The notes below the pieces were generated by a model. It did no database searches. It was not told the origin of the DNA and was given only the letters and a program-made list of their open reading frames with translations. Below, piece after piece: positions 40,073 to 49,157 of a stretch of 52,520 nt of DNA. Made by a program: the position numbers and the translations under genes. How positions within the stretch are numbered: the first letter of the stretch is position 1; every line of letters begins with the position of its first letter. This DNA comes from Pseudorhodobacter antarcticus (lineage in GTDB: Bacteria; Pseudomonadota; Alphaproteobacteria; Rhodobacterales; Rhodobacteraceae): contig CAMBWO010000001.1 of assembly GCA_945871285.1 (NCBI GenBank), forward strand, positions 1 through 52,520. The letters run 5' to 3'.

Positions 40073-40881
40073 CCCTCGCCCAACATTCCCTGGCCCTGCG
40101 TGCCCCGCAACTGATGACGACACCGCCCTTGCTGACCATGACCGGCGTCTCGCGCCGCTATGGCGACGTCGTGGCGCTCAGGGATGTGTCGGCCACCGTC
40201 TATCCCGGCGAGGTGCTGGGCATCGTCGGGGAAAGCGGCTCGGGCAAATCCACCCTGCTGCGGATGATGAACCTTGAGGATACGCCGGACGCAGGCGACT
40301 ACCGCCTGGCGCTGCCCGATCTGCCCGGAAACCTGTTCGATCTGGACCGCTTCGCACGGCGGATGCTGTGTGCCACGCGGATCGGCATCGTCTACCAGAA
40401 CCCGCACCTTGGCCTGTTGATGAAGCACACCTCCAGCGGGAACGTGGCCGAACGGTTGCTGATTGCAGGCGAGCGCAGCTTTGCCGCCCTGCGCGGCCGC
40501 GCGCGCGAGGCGCTGGACGCCTCGGAATTTCCGCTGGACCGGATGGACGCGCGACCGATCGAATTGTCAGGCGGGATGCAGCAGCGCGTGCAGCTGGCCA
40601 AGGCGATCGCGCTGGAGCCGGTGCTTTTGCTGCTGGACGAGCCGACCACCGGCCTTGACGTCTCCGTGCAGGCCCTGGTTCTGGATACGTTGAAGCGGTT
40701 GCAGCGTGACCGGGCCATCACCATGGTGATCGTCAGCCATGACCTTGGCGTGATCCGCACCATGGCTGACCGGGTGATGGTGATGCGGCGGGGCAGGGTG
40801 GTGGAACAGGGCCTGGCCGATCAGATCTTTCAAGACCCGCAGCACGACTATACCCAACAACTCGTCCATGCCAAACTGTGA
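40069..40881 (+). CDS. phnK: PhnK ABC-type ATPase subunit
   Basis: YPGEVLGIVGESGSGKST, GNVAERL, SGGMQQR and DEPTTGLDVSVQA motifs. Confidence 0.92.
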   Translation: MTLAQHSLALRAPQLMTTPPLLTMTGVSRRYGDVVALRDVSATVYPGEVLGIVGESGSGKSTLLRMMNLEDTPDAGDYRLALPDLPGNLFDLDRFARRMLCATRIGIVYQNPHLGLLMKHTSSGNVAERLLIAGERSFAALRGRAREALDASEFPLDRMDARPIELSGGMQQRVQLAKAIALEPVLLLLDEPTTGLDVSVQALVLDTLKRLQRDRAITMVIVSHDLGVIRTMADRVMVMRRGRVVEQGLADQIFQDPQHDYTQQLVHAKL

Positions 40882-41597
40882 GGCCCGCAATGACCCCCGT
40901 TCTTGAGGTCCAAGACCTCGCCAAACAGTTCCACATGCATCATCTGGACCAGGTGCTGCATGCCTTTGACGGCATCAGCTTCACCCTGCATGCGGGCGAA
41001 TTCCTGCTGCTGCGGGGCCCGAACGGGGTGGGCAAGTCCACCCTCTTGCGCACACTCTACCGCAGCTATCTGCCGCGCGCGGGGCATATCTGGTATCACA
41101 CGACCGAAGGCCGGATCGACCTTGCCACGGCGGCAGATGTGGACATTGCGCTGCTTCGCCGCCGCGAGATCGGGTTTGTGACGCAATTCCTGATCGCGCG
41201 GCCCCGGGTGGCGGCCGAGGATATCGTGTCCGAACCCCTGCGCCGCGCCGGAATGCCCGCGCCCGAGGCGCTGGACGAGGCCCGCCGCTGGCTGGCCGAG
41301 TTTGGCGTCAAGCGCGACCTTTGGCGGGCTTATCCCACGACCTTTTCGGGCGGCGAGCAGCAAAAGGTCAACCTGGCCCGCGCGCTGATCCTGCCGCAGC
41401 GGTTGCTGCTGCTGGATGAACCCACCGCCTCGCTGGATGCAGGTGCGCGGGCGGCATTGATCCGCAGGCTGGCCGATCTGAAGGCCGCAGGGGTGGCGAT
41501 GATCGGGGTATTCCATCACCCCGGCGATGTGGCGGGGCTGATCGACCGCGAAATTGAACTGACTGCGCAAGAGGTGTCCCAAGATGTGGCTGTCTGA
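40878..41597 (+). CDS. phnL: PhnL ABC-type ATPase subunit
   Basis: KQFHMH, GPNGVGKST, VTQFL, PTTFSGGEQQKVN and GVFH motifs; start GTG 40878 or ATG 40890. Confidence 0.92.
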   Translation: MRPAMTPVLEVQDLAKQFHMHHLDQVLHAFDGISFTLHAGEFLLLRGPNGVGKSTLLRTLYRSYLPRAGHIWYHTTEGRIDLATAADVDIALLRRREIGFVTQFLIARPRVAAEDIVSEPLRRAGMPAPEALDEARRWLAEFGVKRDLWRAYPTTFSGGEQQKVNLARALILPQRLLLLDEPTASLDAGARAALIRRLADLKAAGVAMIGVFHHPGDVAGLIDREIELTAQEVSQDVAV

Positions 41598-42753
41598 TTT
41601 CCGGGTGGTGACACCTGACTGTGTGCTGGAACGTGGGTCGGTCCGCGTTGAAGGGGGTCGCATCGTCGAGATTGCAGAAATCCCGATGCCCGGCGCGGCC
41701 CTTGCCGGCGATGGCCTGCTGCTGTTGCCCGGCTTTGTCGACATGCACGGCGACATGGTCGAACGTGAGGTCGAGCCGCGCCCCAATGTCCGCATGCCGA
41801 TGGAACTGGGTCTGCGCGACCTTGACCGACGGTTGGCGGCCTCTGGCGTGACCACGGCCTATGCGGCTGTCAGCTTTCATCCCGGATCGGCCTATGGCCA
41901 TATCCGCCATTTCGACCAGACCAGCGCCATCATCCGCGCCCTGAAATCGATGAATGATGTCCTGAAGGTCGACCACAAGGTTCACGCCCGGTTCGAGATC
42001 ACCTTCCCCGATGCCCTGCGCGTCGTGGAAGGGCTGATCGCCGAAGGCGCCGTCGATCTGGTGTCGCTGACCGATCACACCCCGGGGCAGGGGCAATACC
42101 GCGATATCGAGGCGCATGTGGCCCGCGTGGCCCGCGAAAAGGGCCTGAGCCAGACCGATGCCGAAAGCGAGGTCGCCCGGCGCATCGCCCAAAAGCACTC
42201 TGCCGCAGGCGACATGGCCGCCACGCTGCGCGCCATTTCCGCCACCTGCCGGGCGCATGGGGTGGCCTTGGCCAGCCATGACGATGACACGGCGCAAAAG
42301 GTCGCGCTGATGCAGGCGCTGGGGGCAGGGATCAGCGAATTTCCCGTCACCGTCGAGGCCGCAACCGAGGCCCGCACCCGCGGCCTTGCCACCGCGATGG
42401 GGGCACCAAATGCCCTGCGGGGCCAGTCCTACTCGGGCAACCTGTCCGCCCGCGCGGCGCATGAGCTGGGTCTGCTGGACATCCTCGCGTCAGACTATCA
42501 CCCCTCGGCGCTGCTGCCCGCCGTGCTGGAACTGGCCAAGGCCGACCCGCAGGGTCTGGCAGGCTCAACCCGTCTTGCCACGTTGAACCCGGCGCAGGCG
42601 CTTGGGCTGCGGGATCGGGGCGCCATCGCGCCGGGCCTGCTGGCCGATCTGGTGATTGCCGATGACAGCGGAATTGGCCATGTCCGCGCAACCCTGCGGG
42701 CGGGTGCCAAGATCTTCTCGGACGGCTCGATCTTTCTGGCGAGGGCGGCCTGA
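41584..42753 (+). CDS. phnM: PhnM alpha-D-ribose 1-methylphosphonate 5-triphosphate diphosphatase
   Basis: PGFVDMHGD, DHTPGQGQYR, ASHDD, SEFP, GAPNALRG and LASDY motifs. Confidence 0.92.
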   Translation: MWLSDFRVVTPDCVLERGSVRVEGGRIVEIAEIPMPGAALAGDGLLLLPGFVDMHGDMVEREVEPRPNVRMPMELGLRDLDRRLAASGVTTAYAAVSFHPGSAYGHIRHFDQTSAIIRALKSMNDVLKVDHKVHARFEITFPDALRVVEGLIAEGAVDLVSLTDHTPGQGQYRDIEAHVARVAREKGLSQTDAESEVARRIAQKHSAAGDMAATLRAISATCRAHGVALASHDDDTAQKVALMQALGAGISEFPVTVEAATEARTRGLATAMGAPNALRGQSYSGNLSARAAHELGLLDILASDYHPSALLPAVLELAKADPQGLAGSTRLATLNPAQALGLRDRGAIAPGLLADLVIADDSGIGHVRATLRAGAKIFSDGSIFLARAA

Positions 42754-42759
42754 GGCGGA

Positions 42760-42778
42760 GGGGGGCCGCAAGCCCCCC
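42760..42778. terminator. Hairpin between convergent operons
   Basis: GGGGGGC-cgcaa-GCCCCCC between the phnM stop and the TIM-barrel gene stop. Confidence 0.5.
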
Positions 42779-42793
42779 GAACCGGCTGACGGT

Positions 42794-43609
42794 CTATTCG
42801 ACCAGACCCAGACCCTGCAGATAGGCAAAGCCCTGCGGGATCTGCGTCTTGTCGTGCAGCTCCAACACCAGATGCGGCGCGGTTGCGCAATCGGCCAGGG
42901 CGCGAAACACCGCCGCCCACTCAACCTCGCCCTCTCCGGGGGCCCAATGGCGGTCGGCGTGGCCGTCCACGTCTTGCAGATGCACGTGGGCCAACTGCAC
43001 GCCGGCATCCCGCACGAAATAGTCGACCGGCGGCGCCCCCGACATCCGGCGCGCAAGCTGCGCATGGCCCGTGTCAATCGAAAGGGCGACGCAAGGGCTG
43101 GCAAAGCTGTCAACCAGGGCGCGGCGGGTGGCGGGGTCAACATCCTCGATATTTTCGATCACGATGGTGATCCCGGTGTCTTCGGCGCGTTTGACCACCG
43201 GCCCAAGGACCGTATGAATGCGCGCCAGCTTCGCCTCGGCATATCCGGGCGATGCCAGCCGGTTGTTCTGATACCAGGCCCGATAGGGAGAGTGCAGCAC
43301 CATCTGCCGCGCGCCGATCGCTTCGGCAGCCTCTAGCGCGCGCAAAAACCGCGCCGTGATCAGGGGCCGCAGGTCCGCATCCTTGTTGTCGATATCAAGC
43401 CCCGCATAGGGGCCATGAATCCCGACGCGGCCCCCGTGACCGGCAAGCGCCACTTTGGCGGCAGCGATCCGATCCTGGCGTTCCGCGCCAAGGGCGGCGT
43501 GGGTCATGAAGTCCTGCAATTCGATGTCGCGCTGCGCGTCGAACAGCCAGGCGCGATGGTCGAAAATTTCGCAGGCGCGAAGACAGGCACCGATCTTGAG
43601 GGGGGGCAT
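42794..43609 (-). CDS. Xylose-isomerase-like / AP endonuclease 2 TIM-barrel metalloenzyme
   Basis: IHGPY, LHSP, IENI, DTGH, HVHLQD, DRHWAPGEG and LEL motifs; AAGGAG RBS before ATG 43609. Confidence 0.85.
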   Translation of the reverse strand: MPPLKIGACLRACEIFDHRAWLFDAQRDIELQDFMTHAALGAERQDRIAAAKVALAGHGGRVGIHGPYAGLDIDNKDADLRPLITARFLRALEAAEAIGARQMVLHSPYRAWYQNNRLASPGYAEAKLARIHTVLGPVVKRAEDTGITIVIENIEDVDPATRRALVDSFASPCVALSIDTGHAQLARRMSGAPPVDYFVRDAGVQLAHVHLQDVDGHADRHWAPGEGEVEWAAVFRALADCATAPHLVLELHDKTQIPQGFAYLQGLGLVE

Positions 43610-43635
43610 CGGGAAACTCCTTGGCTTGATACGCA

Positions 43636-44850
43636 TTAGCCCGCCGCAATCGCACCATAGGCGGCGCGGCCGGTGACAAGGGTCTGGCGGACGACCGGGG
43701 TGCGACCTGCGGGCCAGTCCAGCAACACCAGATCGGCCCGCCGACCGACCGCGATCTCGCCCCGGTCCGCAAGGCCAAGCGCGGCCGCCGGATTGGCCGA
43801 GACCAGCTTCCACAGATCAGGCAGGCGACCTATCCCATCCTCTTGCAAGCGCGCCACGGCGGTCAGCATGGCGGGGTAGTAATAGTCCGAGGCCAGAATG
43901 TCGCACAGGCCCGCCGCCACCATGTCTGCCGCCCCGGGCGAGCCGAGGTGGCTGCCCCCGCGCGCGGCATTCGGGGCGCCGAACACGATCCAGTCGCCCG
44001 CCTCACGTGCGCAGCGGGTCACCGTCCTGTTCATCGGAAACTCGGATATCCGGGCACCATGACCCCGGTAATAGGCGCGGGTCTCGGGCTGGCTGTCGTC
44101 ATGGCTAAGCATCGGCGCACCCGCCGCCGCCGCCCTTTGTCCCGCCGCGGCGATCATTGCCGGCACCTCCGGCCGCCGCTGCCACATCTGCCGCATCAGG
44201 GCGACGAAATCGGCCACATCCATGCCAGAACGTTTTGCGCGGCCTTCCATCTTGGCGGCAAAGCCGGGGCTATCCATGTCCACCACCGGAAAGTCGGGAT
44301 CAAAATCAGAGGGTCGGTCCTGCAACGGAACCGACGGATCAAGGACCCCCATCGTCGTATGATCGTTGTAGGCCAGGGCGGGCAACAAGGGCCCGGCAAG
44401 GGCGGCCTCGATCAGCGGCAGCGCCTCGAAACAAAAGGTTTCCCAGCGCAGTTGCACGCGGTTTTCCACCGTCAGACGCGGGGCAAGGGCGGCCAGCGTC
44501 GCGATCACCTCCTGCCCGATGGCGACCGAACGCAGGCCCGGCTCCCAGCTGAGCGTCAGGGCGTGATAGGCCGTTGCAATGCCATTGGCCGCCAACTGCC
44601 GGTCGGTTTCCAAAAGCGCCGCCTCGGTCGAAATCATCACGCCGGGGCGCGGCATCAGCTGGCGTTCAAAGGCATCGCCGTGGATGTCGACCAGCGCCGG
44701 GGCAAGGATCATGCCGCGGCCGTCGATCACCCGCGCACCGTCCTTTGGGCCGTCCAGGGCGGCAATCACGCCGCCTGCGACGCGCACGGACACCCGCGCC
44801 ATCCGGTCAGGCAGGACGACCGACGCGCCTTCAATCACAAAGGGGTCCAT
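43636..44850 (-). CDS. phnM: Second, divergent PhnM-like amidohydrolase
   Basis: PALVDIHGDAFERQLMPRP, NDH, SHDD, SEFP, GAPNAARG and LASDYY motifs; lacks the DHTPGQ.Q loop of the first copy. Confidence 0.85.
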   Translation of the reverse strand: MDPFVIEGASVVLPDRMARVSVRVAGGVIAALDGPKDGARVIDGRGMILAPALVDIHGDAFERQLMPRPGVMISTEAALLETDRQLAANGIATAYHALTLSWEPGLRSVAIGQEVIATLAALAPRLTVENRVQLRWETFCFEALPLIEAALAGPLLPALAYNDHTTMGVLDPSVPLQDRPSDFDPDFPVVDMDSPGFAAKMEGRAKRSGMDVADFVALMRQMWQRRPEVPAMIAAAGQRAAAAGAPMLSHDDSQPETRAYYRGHGARISEFPMNRTVTRCAREAGDWIVFGAPNAARGGSHLGSPGAADMVAAGLCDILASDYYYPAMLTAVARLQEDGIGRLPDLWKLVSANPAAALGLADRGEIAVGRRADLVLLDWPAGRTPVVRQTLVTGRAAYGAIAAG

Positions 44851-45506
44851 CACAGCCGCTCCAGCACCAGATGCCAATGCCACGAGCCTGGCGTTTCGTG
44901 TTCACGGTCCTCCAGTCGGCAGACCTCAAACGCCGCGAACAGCTCAAGCAGATCGCGCCCGTTGCAAAAATAGTGCGGGTGCACCTTGTCGCCCGGCCCC
45001 TCGAACACCCAGGTGTTGCGCGAAATCTCGCGGCCAGGGGCCTTGGCGCATTCACTCGGCACCCGGCGGGCGGAAAGCATGGTGCCAAGGAACGTGCCAC
45101 CGGGTTTCAGCACGCGGGCGATTTCAGCGATGGTCGCCCGCAGCACCTCCTCGTCGCCGTGATAGATCACGTTCCACGACAGCACATGGTCAAAGGCCGC
45201 ATCGGCAAAGGGGAGGGCGGTCATGAAACCGGTGCGGGCGTCCACCGTCAGGCCCTCGGTCGCGGCGATGCGGGTGATCTCGACGATGCCTTCGGGGGCG
45301 GCATCAAGGGCCGTCACCGCAAAGCCCCGCCGGGCCAGCGCCAGCGCATGGCGCCCGACGCCCGCGCCCAGATCCAGGATGGCGGCACCGGCAGGCAGGG
45401 TTTGCGCAAAGGCCATCACGTCGGCCTCGGGCTGCTCCCATTTCGAGGTGCCGTCCACCTGCGCCCATTCCGTTGCCCAATAGTGATGCGCTGTCTCTGT
45501 CTTCAT
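44850..45506 (-). CDS. Class I SAM-dependent methyltransferase
   Basis: ILDLGAGVGRH, ALPFADAAFD and RVLKPGG motifs; overlaps both neighbours. Confidence 0.9.
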   Translation of the reverse strand: MKTETAHHYWATEWAQVDGTSKWEQPEADVMAFAQTLPAGAAILDLGAGVGRHALALARRGFAVTALDAAPEGIVEITRIAATEGLTVDARTGFMTALPFADAAFDHVLSWNVIYHGDEEVLRATIAEIARVLKPGGTFLGTMLSARRVPSECAKAPGREISRNTWVFEGPGDKVHPHYFCNGRDLLELFAAFEVCRLEDREHETPGSWHWHLVLERL

Positions 45507-46309
45507 CTGCCCGGTCCCATGATCTTCTGACGCAACACTGCGCCGATTTGTTCCACGCCGATCACCACGACCGCGATCATCAGGATCACGGTCACGGCGG
45601 TCGGATAATCGAAAAGGTCAAAGCCGACCTTCAGTTCAATCCCGATCCCGCCTGCCCCGACCAGACCCAGGATGGTCGAGGCGCGAACCGCCTTTTCCAA
45701 CGCAAATAGCCCGGTGGACACAAAGGCCGGAAGGGCTGCGGGAATAACCGCACTTGCGGCAATGTCGATGCGCCTGGCGCCGGTGGCGGTCAGGGCCTCG
45801 GCCGGGCCGGGGTCGGTGTTTTCCATGTCATCGGCAAAGAAGCGGCCGCAAAACCCGATGGTGTCAATGGCAATGGCCAGCATCCCCGCAAAGGGGCCAA
45901 GGCCGACCGCCACCACAAAGACCAGCGCCCAGGCGAGGTCTGGCACGGCCCGAAGGAAGCCCAGAATGATGCGCACGACCAGATTGACGCCGCGCCCCAC
46001 CAGCACGCCGCGCGCCGCCAAAAGTGCGATCGGCAGCGACAGCACAATGCCGATGGCCGCGCCCGAGACGGCGATCTGCAAGGTTTCCACCATCTTCCAC
46101 GCCAGCCGGTCCAGATTGTGGGTCGAGGGTGGCCAGGCGCGGGAAAAGAAATCAGCCAGCTTTGGCGGCGAGGACAGCAGCCGGTCCACCGACCAGCCCG
46201 CACCCTCCAGCGACCACAGGATGACAAGCGCCACCAGGACGTAACTGACAAAACCGATGCCGCCCGGCCGGTTGAAGCGATGCGGAACTGCGCGCGCCGG
46301 GCTATCCAT
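45503..46309 (-). CDS. phnE: PhnE/PtxC-type ABC permease
   Basis: ETLQIA, RAVPDL, GLGPFAG and VRASTILGLVGAGGIG motifs. Confidence 0.88.
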   Translation of the reverse strand: MDSPARAVPHRFNRPGGIGFVSYVLVALVILWSLEGAGWSVDRLLSSPPKLADFFSRAWPPSTHNLDRLAWKMVETLQIAVSGAAIGIVLSLPIALLAARGVLVGRGVNLVVRIILGFLRAVPDLAWALVFVVAVGLGPFAGMLAIAIDTIGFCGRFFADDMENTDPGPAEALTATGARRIDIAASAVIPAALPAFVSTGLFALEKAVRASTILGLVGAGGIGIELKVGFDLFDYPTAVTVILMIAVVVIGVEQIGAVLRQKIMGPGR

Positions 46310-47096
46310 AAAGCTTGGCCATTTCCAACGGGGTGACATCGGCCGAGCGCGCGTCGATGGCGATGCGGCCCCCCTGCAACCCCAGAATCCGGTCGCCATA
46401 GCTGAGGGCGTGCTGCACGTTGTGCGAGGTGAACAAAACCGTCACCCCTTCGCGTTTCACAAGCGACATGAAAAGCGCCATGACCTCTTCCCCCGCCTGC
46501 GGGTCGAGCGAGGCACAGGGCTCATCGGCCACCAGGAATCGCGGGCTGCACACCAGCGCGCGGGCAATCGCCACGCGCTGGCTTTGCCCACCCGACAGCT
46601 GATCGGCCCGGCGCAGCGCCAGATCGGCCAGCCCGACCTTTTCCAGCGCGGCCATGGCCGCAGCCCGCGCCTCGGCGGGGGCAAGGCCCTGGATCCAATA
46701 GCGCGGCCCGGAATGCCGCCCCAAAAGCCCATGAATGACATTGGACAACACCGACAGGCGCGGCACCAGATTGTGCTTTTGCCCCACCAGCCCGGTCCGG
46801 GCGCGCAACTCGCGCCGCGCCGTGCCGCCCAGATCGGCCAACGTCACGCCCAGCAAGGAAACCCGGCCGGCGTCGGGCGCAATCAGGCCAAGACAGCAGC
46901 GCAGCAGGGTGGATTTGCCAGTGCCATTGGCCCCGACCAGCGCGACACACTCGCCCCGCCGGATGCTGAAATCGAGACCGGAAAACACGGGCGCCGCCGT
47001 GCCAAACCGCTTGGAAAGGCTGTTGGCCTGCAGGTCGATCACCTGCTGGCCAACGCCGGTTGCCTTGTGCCGCATCGGCGGGCGGTCAAGTGGCAC
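46302..47096 (-). CDS. phnC: PhnC/PtxA-type ABC ATPase
   Basis: GANGTGKST, NLVPRLSVLSNV, LSGGQSQRV and DEPCASLDP motifs; start may be 47075. Confidence 0.88.
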   Translation of the reverse strand: MPLDRPPMRHKATGVGQQVIDLQANSLSKRFGTAAPVFSGLDFSIRRGECVALVGANGTGKSTLLRCCLGLIAPDAGRVSLLGVTLADLGGTARRELRARTGLVGQKHNLVPRLSVLSNVIHGLLGRHSGPRYWIQGLAPAEARAAAMAALEKVGLADLALRRADQLSGGQSQRVAIARALVCSPRFLVADEPCASLDPQAGEEVMALFMSLVKREGVTVLFTSHNVQHALSYGDRILGLQGGRIAIDARSADVTPLEMAKLYG

Positions 47097-47099
47097 CTG

Positions 47100-47972
47100 T
47101 CATTCCCCAAGGAACTTGTCGAACTGGGGATAACCTGCCGTGGTGTACATGGACCGGACGATGTCATAGGCCGCATCCTCGATCGTCACGAGGTCCATGC
47201 CGATGTACTTGTCGTTTTCCTCGTGCTGGGTGATGCCGGCGATGATCTGGGCCTTGTTGGCGATGATGCTGTCACGAACCAGCGCCTGAACGGCGGCCGG
47301 CACGTGGGCCCCGGCCAGCAGCATGTCGTTGGGCAGATCGCCCGACCGCGCCAGCACCTTGAAATAGCCATAAGGAACCGAGGTGTCCTTGCTGCGGGCC
47401 GAGGAGATCCAGCTGCCTTCGTTGATGCCGATGGCCGCAACGTCGCCCGCCTTCAACGCCTCGTGCGCGATGTTCGAGGCCGTGTGCACCTTGTCGATGT
47501 CGTTGACCGGATCGACGCCATAATCGGCCATCAACTGCATCGGGCACAACATGTTCGAGGTCGACCCGATGTCGCCGAAGGCAACCTTCTTGCCCTTCAG
47601 GTCGTCCATGCTGTCGATGCCCGCGTCGGCGCGCACGACGATCGCGCAGCGATAATCGGGGCGGCCAAAACCGATCAGCGGGGTCGCCTTGGTCAGGGTG
47701 TTGATGATGATGTATTCGGCCGGGCCGGTGATCACGAAATCAATCGTCTCCCCGCGCAGGGCTTCGGCGGAGGCGGTCCGCGACGAGACCGGAAAAAAGT
47801 CGAAGGTTTCCCCTGTCGCGGCCTCAAGGGCCGCCTTGAACGGACCCCATTCCGCCTGCAAACGCTCCAGTCCCTCGACGTCCGTGACGGCGATGCTCCA
47901 GGTTTCTGCGGTGGCGGCGGTTGCGCCGAGGACGGCCAGGGCCGTTCCAAACATCATGGTCTTCAGCGACAT
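47100..47972 (-). CDS. PhnD/PtxB-like phosphate/phosphite/phosphonate binding protein (divergent)
   Basis: Signal peptide from ATG 47972 (GGAGAG RBS); DLKGKKVAFGD.GSTS, LPND and AYDIVR motifs. Confidence 0.85.
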   Translation of the reverse strand: MSLKTMMFGTALAVLGATAATAETWSIAVTDVEGLERLQAEWGPFKAALEAATGETFDFFPVSSRTASAEALRGETIDFVITGPAEYIIINTLTKATPLIGFGRPDYRCAIVVRADAGIDSMDDLKGKKVAFGDIGSTSNMLCPMQLMADYGVDPVNDIDKVHTASNIAHEALKAGDVAAIGINEGSWISSARSKDTSVPYGYFKVLARSGDLPNDMLLAGAHVPAAVQALVRDSIIANKAQIIAGITQHEENDKYIGMDLVTIEDAAYDIVRSMYTTAGYPQFDKFLGE

Positions 47973-48066
47973 GGCAAGCTCTCCGTTTGCTATTGATTGG
48001 CACGATTGGCTAAGGCCCGCCCGTGACGCCCCGGCGACGTGCGTGTAAACTTTTTCAAAAATAGCC

Positions 48067-48084
48067 ATGACATGTTTACGACAC
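48067..48084 (-). promoter_or_regulatory. Putative Pho box for the minus-strand phnD operon
   Basis: Minus strand reads GTGTCGT-aaac-ATGTCAT. Confidence 0.55.
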
Positions 48085-48224
48085 CCAGGGCCTCTGACGG
48101 CCATGTGGTGCGGCGCACGCGAAAGCGCCCGACGTCATGCCCGGTGCAAGGCCGTGCCGGGCCCACCGCCGCCCCGCCTGTCGGTCCATCCCGCGGATCG
48201 GAAATCAAGAAGGTCCGCAAGCGC

Positions 48225-48242
48225 CTGTTACATCAACGTCAA
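48225..48242 (+). promoter_or_regulatory. Putative Pho box for the phnCDEE operon
   Basis: CTGTTAC-atca-ACGTCAA followed by an AT-rich stretch, about 60 bp upstream of phnC. Confidence 0.45.
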
Positions 48243-48308
48243 GAATTGGTTTCCAAATATTCATCCGGATGACGCTGGCCTGTTGCGTGCCGCTGGCAAA
48301 TGGTCGGC

Positions 48309-49124
48309 ATGGAAAAGCACATGCTCTCTCTTGCTGGCCTTGGCCGCACCTTCGGCTCAACCCGCGCGGTTGATGCCGTAACACTGAATATCCGCTCCGG
48401 CGAGTTTGTCGGGGTGATTGGTCGATCTGGCGCAGGCAAATCCACGCTGCTGCGTCTGATCAACCGCCTGATCGACCCCACCTCTGGCCGGATCACGTTT
48501 GGCGATACCGATATCACGGCGCTGCGCGGACGCGACCTGCGGCAATGGCGACGCGACTGCGCCATGATCTTTCAGCAGTTCAATCTGGTGGAACGGTTGG
48601 ACGTTCTGACCAACGTGCTGGTGGGCCGTCTTGCCGATCACGGATTTCTGTCCTCGATGGCGATGCGCTTTTCCGATGCCGAACGCACGATTGCCATTCG
48701 CGCCCTGGACCGTCTGGACCTGGCCCCGCAGGCGTTGCAGCGCGCAGGCACCCTGTCGGGCGGTCAGCAGCAGCGCGTGGCCATCGCCCGGGCGCTGGTG
48801 CAAAACCCCCGCATCATGCTGGCGGATGAGCCCATCGCCAGTCTTGACCCCGGCAACGCCACCCGCGTCATGGAAGCCTTGCGCAGCATCAACCGCGATG
48901 ACGGCATCACCATTCTGGTCAATCTGCACACCCTGGACACCGCGCGCGCCTATTGCCACCGCATCATCGCCATGCGCGACGGCCGGGTGCTGTTTGACGG
49001 CACGCCGCGCCAGCTGACCGACGATGTCGTGCGCGACATCTATGGCAGCGAGGGCCTGACCGAGTTCAACGAAGCGGTGACCTCGACCGCCGCCCACCCC
49101 AATCGCCTCCGCGAGACCGCCTGA
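48309..49124 (+). CDS. phnC: PhnC phosphonate ABC ATPase
   Basis: [39 protein letters not shown] and NLHTLD motifs; exact start uncertain (48300-48321). Confidence 0.92.
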   Translation: MEKHMLSLAGLGRTFGSTRAVDAVTLNIRSGEFVGVIGRSGAGKSTLLRLINRLIDPTSGRITFGDTDITALRGRDLRQWRRDCAMIFQQFNLVERLDVLTNVLVGRLADHGFLSSMAMRFSDAERTIAIRALDRLDLAPQALQRAGTLSGGQQQRVAIARALVQNPRIMLADEPIASLDPGNATRVMEALRSINRDDGITILVNLHTLDTARAYCHRIIAMRDGRVLFDGTPRQLTDDVVRDIYGSEGLTEFNEAVTSTAAHPNRLRETA

Positions 49125-49157
49125 TCCCCTTCACCCCCTGAACCTTGGAGCTTTCTG

